From positions 1-37,687 of the forward strand of contig JAWVYR010000001.1 in the NCBI GenBank assembly GCA_033722635.1: a stretch of 37,687 nucleotides of DNA. Reading direction: 5' to 3'. Shown here in pieces: positions 1 through 9,963 of this stretch. The notes below the pieces were generated by a model. It did no database searches. It saw only the letters and a list, made by a program, of their open reading frames with translations, and was not told the DNA's origin. Numbering within the stretch: position 1 is the stretch's first letter; each line of letters starts with the position of its first letter. This stretch comes from Balneolaceae bacterium (lineage in GTDB: Bacteria > Bacteroidota > Rhodothermia > Balneolales > Balneolaceae). The position numbers and the translations under genes were made by a program.

Positions 1-228
1 AAACCGATCGCGGATGAACTAAAGATCAGCCTGCCGCAGCTGGCACTGGCCTGGTGCCTGAAAAACCCGAATGTAAGCACCGTGATCACCGGAGCCTCCA
101 AGCCGGAACAGGTGCGGGAAAATATGAAGGCGGTGGATGCGGTTGATAAACTGGACGATGCAGTTATGGAAAAGATCGAGGAGGTTCTGGATAACAAGCC
201 CGAAATGGAGAAGGATTTCCGGCGCTGA
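1..228 (+). CDS. aldo/keto reductase family oxidoreductase, C-terminal fragment (5' end lies outside the window)
   Basis: Frame 1 is open from base 1 to TGA at 226-228. The translation [48 protein letters not shown]... matches the conserved C-terminal region of AKR (Tas/Kv-beta-like) enzymes. It is absent from the ORF track because no start codon is in the window. Confidence 0.7.
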   Translation, partial: KPIADELKISLPQLALAWCLKNPNVSTVITGASKPEQVRENMKAVDAVDKLDDAVMEKIEEVLDNKPEMEKDFRR

Positions 229-260
229 AATGGTTATAATCAAATAAAAAAGGTTCAGGG

Positions 261-887
261 ATGAAGAAATTCAGCTTTATCGTATCGTATATATTAGCAT
301 TTCTTGTTTTTGGGACATTCATTTCTGTTAATGCTCAGCAGTCGATACCCTCGAAACAACAGCAAATCGAGGCAGCGATAAGCCCGGCCCCTCGCGGCAT
401 GCGCGATGATGCAACGGTGTACGGATATAATGACAAGGGGCAGTTGATCACTTTGAGGGAGGGATCCAACGAACTGATCTGTGTGGCCGACGATCCCGGC
501 CGGTCCAAGTTTCATGCAGCCTGCTATCACAAGGATCTGGAACCATTCATGAAGCGGGGGCGTGAGTTGCGGGCACAGGGGTTGTCGCGTACAGAGGTGG
601 ACAGCATCCGGCAGCAGGAGATCCGGTCTGGCGAACTGTCGATGCCCCGCAAGCCGATGTCGCTCTACTCGCTGAGCGGGCCCGAAGGCGCATTTAACTA
701 TGAGACAGGCGAGGTCGTCGATGCCGAGCCGCTCTACGTGATCTATATTCCCTTTGCCACCCGCGAGACCACCGGCCTGTCGACCAGTCCAGCCAGCAAG
801 GGGGCACCCTGGATCATGGAGCCCGGCAAACCCTGGGCCCATATCATGGTGATACCCGGCACCAACCTGGGGAAAGGAAATAATTAG
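261..887 (+). CDS. hypothetical secreted protein (N-terminal signal peptide)
   Basis: 208-aa ATG ORF. The N-terminus MKKFSFIVSYILAFLVFGTFISVNAQQ looks like a Sec signal peptide. GC-rich third codon positions resemble neighbouring genes. No family recognised. Confidence 0.6.
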   Translation: MKKFSFIVSYILAFLVFGTFISVNAQQSIPSKQQQIEAAISPAPRGMRDDATVYGYNDKGQLITLREGSNELICVADDPGRSKFHAACYHKDLEPFMKRGRELRAQGLSRTEVDSIRQQEIRSGELSMPRKPMSLYSLSGPEGAFNYETGEVVDAEPLYVIYIPFATRETTGLSTSPASKGAPWIMEPGKPWAHIMVIPGTNLGKGNN

Positions 888-907
888 TTCGGGTACGACT
901 TTCCCGG

Positions 908-1690
908 TCAGTTTCTCAGCTGGCTCTGGAACCGCATGATCTTGTCAAACGGTTCGATCAGCACCACAACCTGGTTCCGGCCGGTTTCCCCGTTTATGTT
1001 TTTAAAATCAGGTTCTTTGCCGTCATGTGTGCCGACGCCGTAAATGAGTATCGTGGAATCGGTTACCTCGTCCAGATGGTAAGTGCCTGCATTGAGCTGC
1101 TCCGGTTGATACGCTTCAAGATCTTCCAGGGTTATGGGGTGGAATGAGCCGTTCCCGTTCGGAATACGGGTAAAACTGCCGTTACCGCCTCCACGGTCAT
1201 GGGGCAGCAAAAACAGTTCGGCGGCCTGCAGGCCGAGGGTGGAGATCTCCTGGCGCAGGTGGTCGGCGTTCCGGCTTCGCTGCACCGATTGCTCTATATT
1301 TGTCTGATGAAAGAGTTGGAAAGCGGTGCCAGCCACTCCAAAAAGCAAACCGGTTAAGGTAAGGATGGCGCCTAAATACCACATCAGGCTTTTGGGTTGA
1401 AACCCGTTCGAAAGCTCTCCTGACCGGTCCGGACGGCTGTCCTCACTTGAAAACCAGAGTACCGGCCCGACCACAAAAAACAGGACGATACCCACCAGGG
1501 ATAGGATCCGGTCATTCCAGTAGGGCCTCATTGTAGGGGTACCGCTCGAGAACATGTTGATCGATTCCAGTACAGATACTCTGTCTGCAATTTCATAGGG
1601 CCAGATACCCAAGAATAACAATAAAATAGCTGCAACAGCGAATGATACGATCCATGGCAGCCATCGAATGAATTTAGTTTTCCACTTCAT
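908..1690 (-). CDS. hypothetical membrane protein (3 predicted TM segments plus ~140-aa soluble C-terminal domain)
   Basis: 260-aa ATG ORF with hydrophobic segments FIRWLPWIVSFAVAAILLLFLGIW, ILSLVGIVLFFVVGPVLWF and YLGAILTLTGLLFGVAGTAFQLF. Its start overlaps the stop of the upstream paralogue-like ORF by 17 nt. Confidence 0.6.
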   Translation of the reverse strand: MKWKTKFIRWLPWIVSFAVAAILLLFLGIWPYEIADRVSVLESINMFSSGTPTMRPYWNDRILSLVGIVLFFVVGPVLWFSSEDSRPDRSGELSNGFQPKSLMWYLGAILTLTGLLFGVAGTAFQLFHQTNIEQSVQRSRNADHLRQEISTLGLQAAELFLLPHDRGGGNGSFTRIPNGNGSFHPITLEDLEAYQPEQLNAGTYHLDEVTDSTILIYGVGTHDGKEPDFKNINGETGRNQVVVLIEPFDKIMRFQSQLRN

Positions 1691-2324
1691 AGCGTACCCC
1701 CTCCGGTGTTAAGACGCCCCGGGTTTGCACCAGGCCAGCCGAGCCGTCGTAGTTTTGGTATTCCTCCTGAATGCCTTTGGCAATAGGAGACTGCCCGACC
1801 ATCACGATACGACCTGGTTCCAGGGTTTCGACAAAAATCATGGGCGATGGATCATCCCGATCCTGCCCGTATTGAAACAGATCGTCATCCCCTATCTTTG
1901 AACCGTATTTGCCGGTGAATATCTCCTGCAGGTTTTGCTCCCCGCGCTCATCCTGGGGATAATAATATTCCCGGAGGGTGGTGAGCATCGGTTCCTGAAT
2001 CTGGGTTTTGGCGATACCGTGAAATATCGTTTCGCGGATATCCATTAAAATCTGCTCCTGCTGCAGACTGCCTCGGTAGTAAATGGCTGCCGATGCGACC
2101 GTAAATAGCATCAACAGAAGCAGAACTACACCGATTGCTTTTTTCGACCCGGCTGCCGATTTCCATTCGCCGAGCAGGTATACTGCCAGAAATACCATCG
2201 CGGTACCGGACGAGAGCAGCACGGAGGGCCAGATCGACCCGGTTTGGGAGGGGATAAAGAATGCCCCGGTCACGGCCGCCACACCTACAGCGGTCCATAT
2301 CCATCTGTTCATAATAGCCGTCAT
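1674..2324 (-). CDS. hypothetical membrane protein (3 TM plus soluble C-terminal domain), architecture-paralogue of 908-1690
   Basis: The ORF track gives 1674-2405 but that start is TTG. The first in-frame ATG is at 2324 (MTAIMNRWIW...), with another at 2312. Three hydrophobic segments precede a C-terminal domain sharing short motifs with the downstream ORF (RIVMVGQS / ILIYGVGT; YQNYDGSAG / FKNINGETG). Confidence 0.55.
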   Translation of the reverse strand: MTAIMNRWIWTAVGVAAVTGAFFIPSQTGSIWPSVLLSSGTAMVFLAVYLLGEWKSAAGSKKAIGVVLLLLMLFTVASAAIYYRGSLQQEQILMDIRETIFHGIAKTQIQEPMLTTLREYYYPQDERGEQNLQEIFTGKYGSKIGDDDLFQYGQDRDDPSPMIFVETLEPGRIVMVGQSPIAKGIQEEYQNYDGSAGLVQTRGVLTPEGVRYEVEN

Positions 2325-2509
2325 TAGATTAATATTTATTAATGGGTCTACATTCAGACCGAATAGAGGGTTCTGCAGTGGGGTAATGGTTCCCGCTCGA
2401 TGCAAAAAAGGGGCCTGCAGAAGCTCAGATGCATATATATCATCAATTTAGCAATCTTCCCTAAATCCTCAAATAGAGGGTAGATGAAATGACCCTGTAT
2501 TGGGAGAAT

Positions 2510-3454
2510 CTATAGAAATCCCCTGGCAAAGAAGAGTGCATAGAGCAGCAGAAGCAATAAACCCATCCATCGGGATAATCGGTTGGTCATCATGAAGACG
2601 GTGAGCATGACTACGGCAGCGATACTGACCGGCAGGTAGAATTCCAGCACCTGATCGCTGATCGGCAGGGGACGTACTAACGCGATGATGCCTGCATTGA
2701 ACAGAAAAAACGCCAGTACCGAACCGATCACATTTCCGATGCTGATGTCGGGGCGACCTTTCAGGGCGGCTGGCAGTTCCCGGCCCAGCTCCTCGATGCT
2801 CACCAGCAGTGCCAGGATGGTCATGCCGAACACAGTGTCGGTCAGCCCGATGCGCGCGATGATGACTTCGGATCCCTCCACCAGCATCTCGCTTCCCAGG
2901 ATGATTGCCGCCAGCGAGAGGATCATCAGTCCGAACGATTTCCAGCGGTCCGGGGTCTCCTCTTTTTCCAGCACCTCGGCCACTTCACCGGCTGCCTTGA
3001 TATCCAGACCCTTGCGGCTGAGCCGAACCAGATAGAGTATCGAAATGAGGTAACCCGCCAGCAGGATGATTCCGTCCAGCCGCGAAAGCAACCCGTCAAC
3101 GCTGAGGATCCCCAACAGGGCAACAGCAGTTATCGGGATTAACAGGACACTTAAAGAGACCTGTTTGAACTCCATCGGGGCGATCAGCACGGTGATGCCC
3201 AATGCAAGCGCGATCGCCACCATCGCCGCACCGATGATGGTTCCCGCCGCGATACCGGTCACCTGTTCTCCGGAGGCCACTGCACCCAGCGCCAGGTTCT
3301 CGGGATCGAAGCCGATGAAGATCACGCTAACCAGGAAGGCAGAGACCCCGAATCCCAGGGAGGTGCCCACGGTGCCTTCCACCAGCTTCTCGGAGAAATA
3401 CACCACCAGTGCAAGACCGGCGATAAAGAGCAGTATGGAGGTGAGCAGATCCAT
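2510..3454 (-). CDS. CaCA-family sodium/calcium (cation) antiporter, YrbG-like
   Basis: 314-aa polytopic membrane protein (~10 TM). The second alpha-repeat SIEELGRELPAALKGRPDISIGNVIGSVLAFFLFNAGI matches the Na+/Ca2+ exchanger signature (PEL...GNVIGS). There is a central hydrophilic loop. Confidence 0.8.
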   Translation of the reverse strand: MDLLTSILLFIAGLALVVYFSEKLVEGTVGTSLGFGVSAFLVSVIFIGFDPENLALGAVASGEQVTGIAAGTIIGAAMVAIALALGITVLIAPMEFKQVSLSVLLIPITAVALLGILSVDGLLSRLDGIILLAGYLISILYLVRLSRKGLDIKAAGEVAEVLEKEETPDRWKSFGLMILSLAAIILGSEMLVEGSEVIIARIGLTDTVFGMTILALLVSIEELGRELPAALKGRPDISIGNVIGSVLAFFLFNAGIIALVRPLPISDQVLEFYLPVSIAAVVMLTVFMMTNRLSRWMGLLLLLLYALFFARGFL

Positions 3455-3486
3455 GTATCAAATCGGTTGCCGTCTATAGTGGAATA

Positions 3487-3864
3487 TCATGTGATTACAT
3501 ATTCGCTCAATGTCTGGTAAATCTCCTCGATGAATTTGTTCTTGCTGAATTCAAGCGTCACCGGCTCTCCCAGTCCCGAGAGCCACAGCAGGATGACCCC
3601 GCCCGACTCAAATCGGCCGGTGGTATCCATCGAAAAGGTGATGATATTCCGGTAGGGGATCGATTGAAAGGAACGCCTGTTGGTCAGCAATCCCTCCTTG
3701 TCCATCAGAATAAGGCGCTTGCCGGTAAATACGATCAGGTCGCGTTGAATCTTGAACGCCTTTTCGATCTCCTCGCCGCGTACCAGGAAGGATTCAAAAT
3801 CGCGTTCTACCTGTTCCCCCTCAATTTCAGAGCTCTGGCTAAACAGATCGCTTAAAAATCCCAT
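3487..3864 (-). CDS. bacterial PH-domain protein (bPH_1 / YokE-like)
   Basis: 125 aa. The pattern EEIEKAFKIQRDLIVFTGKRLILMDKEG...SFQSIPYRNIITFSMDT resembles the small bacterial pleckstrin-homology family. The assignment is from memory of the family pattern. Confidence 0.55.
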   Translation of the reverse strand: MGFLSDLFSQSSEIEGEQVERDFESFLVRGEEIEKAFKIQRDLIVFTGKRLILMDKEGLLTNRRSFQSIPYRNIITFSMDTTGRFESGGVILLWLSGLGEPVTLEFSKNKFIEEIYQTLSEYVIT

Positions 3865-3958
3865 CTTTTCTAAGATCAGTTTGTGTTCCGGTAATCCAAC
3901 GGCCTATGCCGGTGAAAGGTACCGTTTTAAAGCAGAATTATAAACGCATTATCTATAT

Positions 3959-5575
3959 TCAACGGAAATCTTGATCTTCTTTCCCGATCCCCAAAATCCG
4001 ATTCCATCGTAACCCGAGAACCCATCCCCCGAGGGAAAAACCGATCATCATCCATGCGAACCAGGCGCCCCAACGGGCATAGTAGGTTTGCCGGTGAATA
4101 ACGGGTACCTTGTGCCGGAAAGCGGTTCGGGTCCAATAGTCGGTTTCATATTGCACGATCCCCCGGCTGTCGATGAAGCCGGAGATCCCGTTGTTGGCAC
4201 TGCGTACCACCCAGCGTCGAAATTCGATCGCACGCAGCCTTGCATAGGAAAAATGCTGGATATGCCCGCTGGTCTCGCCCCACCATCCGTCGTTGGTGAT
4301 CACGGTGATAAATCCCGCACCGTTTCGTACATAGGTGCCCACCCAGTCGGGAAAGACGGAATCGTAGCAAACCAGGGGCGGGGTTTCCGTGTCGTTTACC
4401 TTGATGGCGGAGGGTTCTCGTCCCTTGCCGTATCCCTGTATGTCGGCCCAGTCAATCCAGCCGAACAGGTCGACGGCGTTCAGCAGGTGAACGAAGGGGA
4501 CCCGTTCGACGAGCGGCACCAGATTGTGTTTGCGGTATACCTGGATGGTGCTGTCGGGCTGAAAACCGAGCCCGGCATTGTAGTAGAGATAGGGCTGGGT
4601 ACCGGAATAGCGCGGCAGGGCCGGCACCTCATTATTATCATCAAACAGATCGAAGTAGGTAGTACCGCTGATCAGGGTGGCTTTCCACGCAATCGCTCTT
4701 CTCAACAGCCGGCGCTTTATTTGAAATGCGGTCTGGTTACCGGTGGGCCTTGAATAGATGGAAGAGCGTATTCCGTTTTCAGGCCAAACGATCAGCCGGG
4801 TGGAATCGGTTCTGAGCGAATCGGACAGGTCGATTAAAACCTGGGTGGATTGCTCTGCGTTTTCGTAGCCTCCATAGGGTTCATAGGTGTCGAAATTGGG
4901 TTGAACCACCACCGTTTCCACGGAGTAGGGGGAGGGATAGTCCACGCTGTAAAACTGGATCAGCGAGACACCCGGGAACAGCAAACCCACCGCCAGAGCC
5001 CCCAGGGCAAAATACCGGCTGGAGAGGCGTATCGCATAATAGATCAACAGGCTGACGGCCAATATCCAGAAGGAGATACCCAGATAGCCGGTGACAGAGA
5101 TGTACTGAACCATTTCGGGATAGTTGGACCATGCGTTACCGAGTGAGAGCCAGGGCCAGGCGAGATCCCAGAGATGGTGCAGGTATTCAAAGCCGATCCA
5201 GGCAGCCGGCAAAAGCACGATCGACTCAAGCGGGGAGTATCGGTTCCGAAAAAATTTCATCAGCATGATTGGCAGGGTCATCACCACCGCATTGGCCAAT
5301 ATTGCGGCCACCCCGGCGGCAACATGGGCCATCATCAACCAGTAGGTGGTGATCAGGTTCCACAGCACAAATCCGGGATAGCTCCAGTAGGCGGCCGCCC
5401 GCACCGTTCCGCTGAGCTCCAGCAGGCGGAACAGGAGAATCCATGCGGGAAAGACCAAAAATGGAAAGGGAAAGGGCGGAAAACTGAAACCGAGGAACAG
5501 CCCCGCCGTGACCGAAAGCAGCCACCTGCTGTTCCAGAGATACCGCAGCATATTTTCAACAACCGATCGAGTCAT
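3959..5575 (-). CDS. lnt: apolipoprotein N-acyltransferase
   Basis: 538 aa. An N-terminal polytopic membrane domain is followed by a CN-hydrolase domain with E-K-C triad contexts LIVWPENG, YRKHNLVP and PLVCYDSVF. Confidence 0.9.
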   Translation of the reverse strand: MTRSVVENMLRYLWNSRWLLSVTAGLFLGFSFPPFPFPFLVFPAWILLFRLLELSGTVRAAAYWSYPGFVLWNLITTYWLMMAHVAAGVAAILANAVVMTLPIMLMKFFRNRYSPLESIVLLPAAWIGFEYLHHLWDLAWPWLSLGNAWSNYPEMVQYISVTGYLGISFWILAVSLLIYYAIRLSSRYFALGALAVGLLFPGVSLIQFYSVDYPSPYSVETVVVQPNFDTYEPYGGYENAEQSTQVLIDLSDSLRTDSTRLIVWPENGIRSSIYSRPTGNQTAFQIKRRLLRRAIAWKATLISGTTYFDLFDDNNEVPALPRYSGTQPYLYYNAGLGFQPDSTIQVYRKHNLVPLVERVPFVHLLNAVDLFGWIDWADIQGYGKGREPSAIKVNDTETPPLVCYDSVFPDWVGTYVRNGAGFITVITNDGWWGETSGHIQHFSYARLRAIEFRRWVVRSANNGISGFIDSRGIVQYETDYWTRTAFRHKVPVIHRQTYYARWGAWFAWMMIGFSLGGWVLGLRWNRILGIGKEDQDFR

Positions 5576-5706
5576 TCAAGGCTTTTCATTTTGCATTGCT
5601 GCCCCACAGTATAGCAACTTTTCCAAATCTCCAAAATAGGGATTGCCGGCGGGGCTGGAACTGTTGCAACGCGGATTTCAGGTGGCTACCGCACCGCTTC
5701 ATGCCC

Positions 5707-6390
5707 TTAATCATCATAACCGGCCGGGGCCACAACCAGTACGAATTCCCCTTTCAGTTGGTCACGGTTTTCAAATTCTTTCAACAATTCTCCCAGTTTT
5801 CCGCGGACCACCTCCTCGAATTTTTTGGTCAGTTCCCTGGCCACACACGCCCAGCGATCGGATCCAAAATGATTGTTCAGCTCTTTAAGGAGTTTTATAA
5901 TTCTGTACGGGCTCTCATAAAAAATGATGGTTCGCTCCTCATCCGAAAGCTCCTTCAGCCGCTTTTGGCGCCCTTTTTTGTGCGGCAGGAACCCCTCGAA
6001 GAGGTACCGGTCGGCCGGCAATCCGCTGACCACCAGTGCCGATGTGGCTGCATCCGGACCCGGAACCACCGATACCTGATGGCCCCGCTGGTGAGCTTCA
6101 CGAACCGCCAGGAATCCGGGGTCGGAGATGCCCGGCATGCCCGCATCAGAGATGATCGCCACATCTCGGTTAGCGTCGAGCAGCTCCATCAGTTCGGATA
6201 GCTTTTCATGTTCATTATGCTGGTGAAACGGGAACGTGGGGGTTTTGATGCCGAAATGGTTGAGCAGCACGCCCGAGGTTCGAGTATCCTCACAGGCAAT
6301 ATGGGATACGCTCTTCAGCACCTCTACGGCCCGGGGCGACATATCTTCCAGGTTGCCGATCGGGGTGGCTACAATGTACAGGGTGCTCAC
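5707..6390 (-). CDS. rsmI: 16S rRNA (cytidine1402-2'-O)-methyltransferase
   Basis: 227 aa with a GTG start. The N-terminal LYIVATPIGNLEDMSPRAVEVLK and ISDAGMPGISDPG motifs are typical of RsmI (tetrapyrrole-methylase fold). Confidence 0.9.
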   Translation of the reverse strand: MSTLYIVATPIGNLEDMSPRAVEVLKSVSHIACEDTRTSGVLLNHFGIKTPTFPFHQHNEHEKLSELMELLDANRDVAIISDAGMPGISDPGFLAVREAHQRGHQVSVVPGPDAATSALVVSGLPADRYLFEGFLPHKKGRQKRLKELSDEERTIIFYESPYRIIKLLKELNNHFGSDRWACVARELTKKFEEVVRGKLGELLKEFENRDQLKGEFVLVVAPAGYDD

Positions 6391-6456
6391 GGTTCGCGAG
6401 AATCATTTTCGGTTTGATAAAAAGTACGGTTTATTATATTGAATTAAAGCGTCACA

Positions 6457-6834
6457 ATGGAGAAAAAGAATCGAACGGATCAGACCAATCCAGGGCAGAA
6501 GTTTTCTATGAATCGGAGGTTGCAGAAGATGCTCGACAGCCTGCCTTTCAAGATCGGCACCTTTATGCTGGCGATCGGTTTCCTGATCTGGCTGCTCTAC
6601 AGGGGGATGCCCGGCTTGTATGAAATGGCCGTCGGGGGACATTCGATCTATGCAAAAGCGCTGAAGTTTGTAGCCCTCCCCGCGTTTATTCTCCTGATGG
6701 CATTTCTCATCCTTCAGCTCAGGGATGCGAGCAGGGAGCTGTGGTATCTGATCAAGAAGCAGTTCGCAGATGAAGAGAAGGCCCGCCCGCCGTCCGATAT
6801 ATCACCGGCGAATAAAGATGAAGAAATAGATTAA
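6457..6834 (+). CDS. hypothetical small membrane protein (2 TM)
   Basis: 125-aa ATG ORF with two hydrophobic segments (IGTFMLAIGFLIWLLY; FVALPAFILLMAFLILQL). Divergent from rsmI. No family recognised. Confidence 0.5.
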   Translation: MEKKNRTDQTNPGQKFSMNRRLQKMLDSLPFKIGTFMLAIGFLIWLLYRGMPGLYEMAVGGHSIYAKALKFVALPAFILLMAFLILQLRDASRELWYLIKKQFADEEKARPPSDISPANKDEEID

Positions 6835-6999
6835 AAAGCTTATTATCAGAGGCTGTTATTTACTGATTCATTTCAGGTTACGATGGCCAGCCAAACGGCG
6901 GTCTGGAACAGGGTCTGGCGGCAGCTGCCCGGTGGGTTGAGGATAGCCGCTGCGTCTCGCAGTTGAACAAACACAAACCAAATATCTCAAAAAAAATTT

Positions 7000-7389
7000 A
7001 TGGCAGAATTTAATCCTTCCGGTATCAACCATATCACCGTCCGGGTTAACGACATCAATCACGCCGAAGAGTTCTACGGCGATATTCTGGGCTTCGAACT
7101 GGTGAGGAAGATGGGGCAGAGTATGGCGGTCTACAGGGTGGGCGATGAGGACACCATCGTGTTGGTGGAGGCCGAAACCAGCTACGATCCATCCTCCCGG
7201 GATTACCGGGTCGACCATTTCGGTTTTTACGTCGATTCACCCGAAAAAGTGGATGAGCTGGCCGAATATTTTAAGGAGCAGGAGGTGACGATCATGAGCG
7301 GACCCGCTAACCGAAAAAGGGGGAGATTTGTGTTTATCGCCGATCCGGACGGGAACATGATCGAAATATTCTACGAAGAGAATGAATGA
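7000..7389 (+). CDS. VOC-family (glyoxalase/bleomycin resistance/dioxygenase) protein
   Basis: 129 aa with the pattern INHITVRVNDINHAEEFYGDILGFEL ... VDHFGFYV ... IADPDGNMIEIF, characteristic of vicinal-oxygen-chelate fold proteins. Confidence 0.8.
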   Translation: MAEFNPSGINHITVRVNDINHAEEFYGDILGFELVRKMGQSMAVYRVGDEDTIVLVEAETSYDPSSRDYRVDHFGFYVDSPEKVDELAEYFKEQEVTIMSGPANRKRGRFVFIADPDGNMIEIFYEENE

Positions 7390-7585
7390 TTTTCCTGTTC
7401 AACGTTGATGATCGTCGGCGGAATGCAGCCAGATGCCCTTCCAGTGGCTGTTCAATGCAACTTTGACAGGAGTACTGTTGTTTATGCCCTGTGGCATATT
7501 ATTTGCATAATTTTAGCTAGATGGAAGGATTTTGTGTTAACAATCAGATTCACGAGCAAAAGTTAGATTCATACAATAACTGCAG

Positions 7586-8188
7586 ATGAGTGAAACCAAC
7601 GAAAAAGTAGACAAGGAAGAACAGGCGGACGGCGAGGAACAGCAGGTTGAAGCCGCAAAACCGGAGGAGAGCCGGGAAACGGATTATGAAGCACTGGAAA
7701 AGCAAGAGCTGATAGCATTGCTTGTCGAACGTGACCGGCAGATCGAACAGATCCAGCAGGAGCTTGAGGAAGCCCAAGATGCCCGTCTGAGGAAGGCCGC
7801 CGAGCTCGAAAATGTCAAAAAGCGGATGGAGCGCGACCGTGCCAGGATTTTTGAATCGGCTCGTATAAGCGCCCTTGAGGATTTTCTACCGGTCAACGAC
7901 GATCTGCGCAGAACATTGAAGGCGTTTGAAGGAACCGATGTGGATCAGAACTTCATGGACGGCATACGGATGGTGGCGGACAAATTCGAGGAGGTCCTCA
8001 AGCGACACGGTGTTGAACGCATCGACGAGGAGATGGTTCCTTTCGATGTGGATCTGCACGACGCAATGATGCGCCAGAAACCCGAGGATGAAGATGTGGA
8101 GAGCGATATGGTGCTGAAAGTGATGGAAAACGGATATCGCATCGGGGACCGTACTATCCGCCATGCAAAAGTAATTGTAAGCGAATAA
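7586..8188 (+). CDS. grpE: nucleotide exchange factor GrpE
   Basis: 200 aa. An acidic coiled-coil N-terminus is followed by the GrpE core (FLPVNDDLRRTL, FDVDLHDAM, GYRIGDRTIRHAKVIVS). It lies immediately upstream of dnaJ. Confidence 0.93.
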   Translation: MSETNEKVDKEEQADGEEQQVEAAKPEESRETDYEALEKQELIALLVERDRQIEQIQQELEEAQDARLRKAAELENVKKRMERDRARIFESARISALEDFLPVNDDLRRTLKAFEGTDVDQNFMDGIRMVADKFEEVLKRHGVERIDEEMVPFDVDLHDAMMRQKPEDEDVESDMVLKVMENGYRIGDRTIRHAKVIVSE

Positions 8189-8206
8189 CAACCCTACGAC
8201 TCCATT

Positions 8207-9376
8207 ATGGCTGATCGTGATTATTACGACATTTTGGGCGTAAGCAGGGATGCGGAACAGGATGAGATCAAGAAAGCCTACCGCAAGAAGGCGATGAAAT
8301 TTCATCCCGACCGCAACGAGTCGGATCCGGAGGCCGAAAAGAAATTCAAGGAGGCCTCGGAAGCCTATGAGGTACTGCGCGATCCGGATACCCGTGCGCG
8401 GTACGATCGCTACGGCAAACAGGGCGTCAACGGCGGCGGTGGATTCCGTGGCGGACAGGGTTTCGAGGATATAGGATTTGAAGATATTTTCAGTCGGTTC
8501 AGTGAGATCTTCGGATCCGAGTTTTTCGGTGGCGAAGCGTTTGGGGGTGGAGCCCGCTCGCGCGGACGCCGTTCAGCCGGACAAACCGGCTCCGACATGA
8601 AACTTCGAATTAGCCTGTCGCTGGAGGAGATCGCCTTCGGTACCGAGAAGCAGCTGAAGGTGAAGAAACAGGTGACATGCGACCGCTGCAACGGTACCGG
8701 GGCCAAAACGGAAAACGATTTCGAAACCTGCGATACCTGTAACGGAATGGGAGAGGTTCGGCAGGTACACCGTACCATGCTTGGACAGATGGTAAACGTT
8801 CAGACCTGTCCGAAGTGTAGCGGTGATGGCCGCATTATCCGGGATAAATGCCCGAAATGCAGCGGTGAGGGCCGCTACAAGGGAGAGGAAACGGTAAAAG
8901 TGAAGATTCCCTCGGGCGTGTCGAAAGGCAATTATATCACCCTGAGGGGGAAAGGTAACGCCGGAAAACGGGGCGGCGATCCCGGTGACCTGGTGGTTCT
9001 AATCGAGGAGGAGGAGCACGAACATTTCGAACGGGATGGCGACGATATTTACTACGATTTGGTGCTCAGTGTGCCGGATGCCGTTCTGGGTACCGAGGTT
9101 AAAGTGCCGACACTCAAAGGCAAAGCCAAGGTGAAGATCGACAAGGGCACCCAGCCCGGCAAGTTGCTGCGGATGAAGGAACGCGGCATCCACGGACTCA
9201 ACAATTCAGGGATCGGCGACCAATTTATCCGGGTGAACGTGTATATCCCAAGTGATCTGAGTGAGGGGGAGGAGGAACATATCCGGGCCCTTCGCGGCAA
9301 TGAGCATTTCGATCCCTCCAATAAGGAGGATACCGGCAAAGGGTTCTTCTCCAAGATCAAGGATGTATTCAGCTAG
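8207..9376 (+). CDS. dnaJ: molecular chaperone DnaJ
   Basis: 389 aa. J domain with HPD (KFHPDRN), a Gly/Phe-rich linker, four CxxCxGxG zinc-finger repeats ([32 protein letters not shown]) and a C-terminal substrate-binding domain. Confidence 0.95.
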   Translation: MADRDYYDILGVSRDAEQDEIKKAYRKKAMKFHPDRNESDPEAEKKFKEASEAYEVLRDPDTRARYDRYGKQGVNGGGGFRGGQGFEDIGFEDIFSRFSEIFGSEFFGGEAFGGGARSRGRRSAGQTGSDMKLRISLSLEEIAFGTEKQLKVKKQVTCDRCNGTGAKTENDFETCDTCNGMGEVRQVHRTMLGQMVNVQTCPKCSGDGRIIRDKCPKCSGEGRYKGEETVKVKIPSGVSKGNYITLRGKGNAGKRGGDPGDLVVLIEEEEHEHFERDGDDIYYDLVLSVPDAVLGTEVKVPTLKGKAKVKIDKGTQPGKLLRMKERGIHGLNNSGIGDQFIRVNVYIPSDLSEGEEEHIRALRGNEHFDPSNKEDTGKGFFSKIKDVFS

Positions 9377-9395
9377 CGCTACCCGGACGGGTGCC

Positions 9396-9887
9396 CTAGT
9401 TCAGATTCTTTGTTTTATCTTTCGACTCACGAGCCATCTCCTCATGGTATTCTTTCAGCCGGTGGGCAAGCGATTCATCCTGGCTGCCTAGCATGCGTAC
9501 GGCCAGCAAACCGGCATTTTCTGCTTTACCGATAGCCACGGTTGCCACCGGGACGCCGCCAGGCATCTGAACAATCGAGTAGAGACTGTCGAGCCCTCCC
9601 AGCGCACTCGTCTTGACGGGTACACCGATAACCGGCAGAGTCGTATGGGCGGCAAGCATCCCGGGCAGATGGGCCGCTCCTCCCGCTCCCGCAATGATCA
9701 CCTTCAGCCCTCTGTCGCGTGCCTTTTTGCCATACTCGGCCATCAGATCCGGTGTGCGGTGGGCCGAAACGACCTGCTTCTCATAGGGAATCCCGAAGTG
9801 GTCCAATATCTCGCAGGCTTTTTTCATTGTGGGCCAGTCGCTGTCGCTCCCCATCACTACGCCTACCACTGCATCGCTTTTACTCAT
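9396..9887 (-). CDS. purE: 5-(carboxyamino)imidazole ribonucleotide mutase
   Basis: 163 aa with [13 protein letters not shown] and [10 protein letters not shown] motifs. Adjacent to purK. Confidence 0.93.
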   Translation of the reverse strand: MSKSDAVVGVVMGSDSDWPTMKKACEILDHFGIPYEKQVVSAHRTPDLMAEYGKKARDRGLKVIIAGAGGAAHLPGMLAAHTTLPVIGVPVKTSALGGLDSLYSIVQMPGGVPVATVAIGKAENAGLLAVRMLGSQDESLAHRLKEYHEEMARESKDKTKNLN

Positions 9888-9963
9888 AGGTAATTGAATT
9901 GATTTGGTTCATCATCGTTGATGGAATATAGAATTCAGAACCCAGAAATCAGAATGCAGGTGC

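Noticed and set aside
7390-7585. A CIRCE/HrcA operator or a sigma-32-type heat-shock promoter upstream of grpE-dnaJ.
   Set aside because: There is no TTAGCACTC-N9-GAGTGCTAA-like inverted repeat. A TTGACA hexamer near 7464 lacks a convincing -10 partner at 16-18 nt. Only a weak 5-bp hairpin is present (atgcc-ctgt-ggcat).
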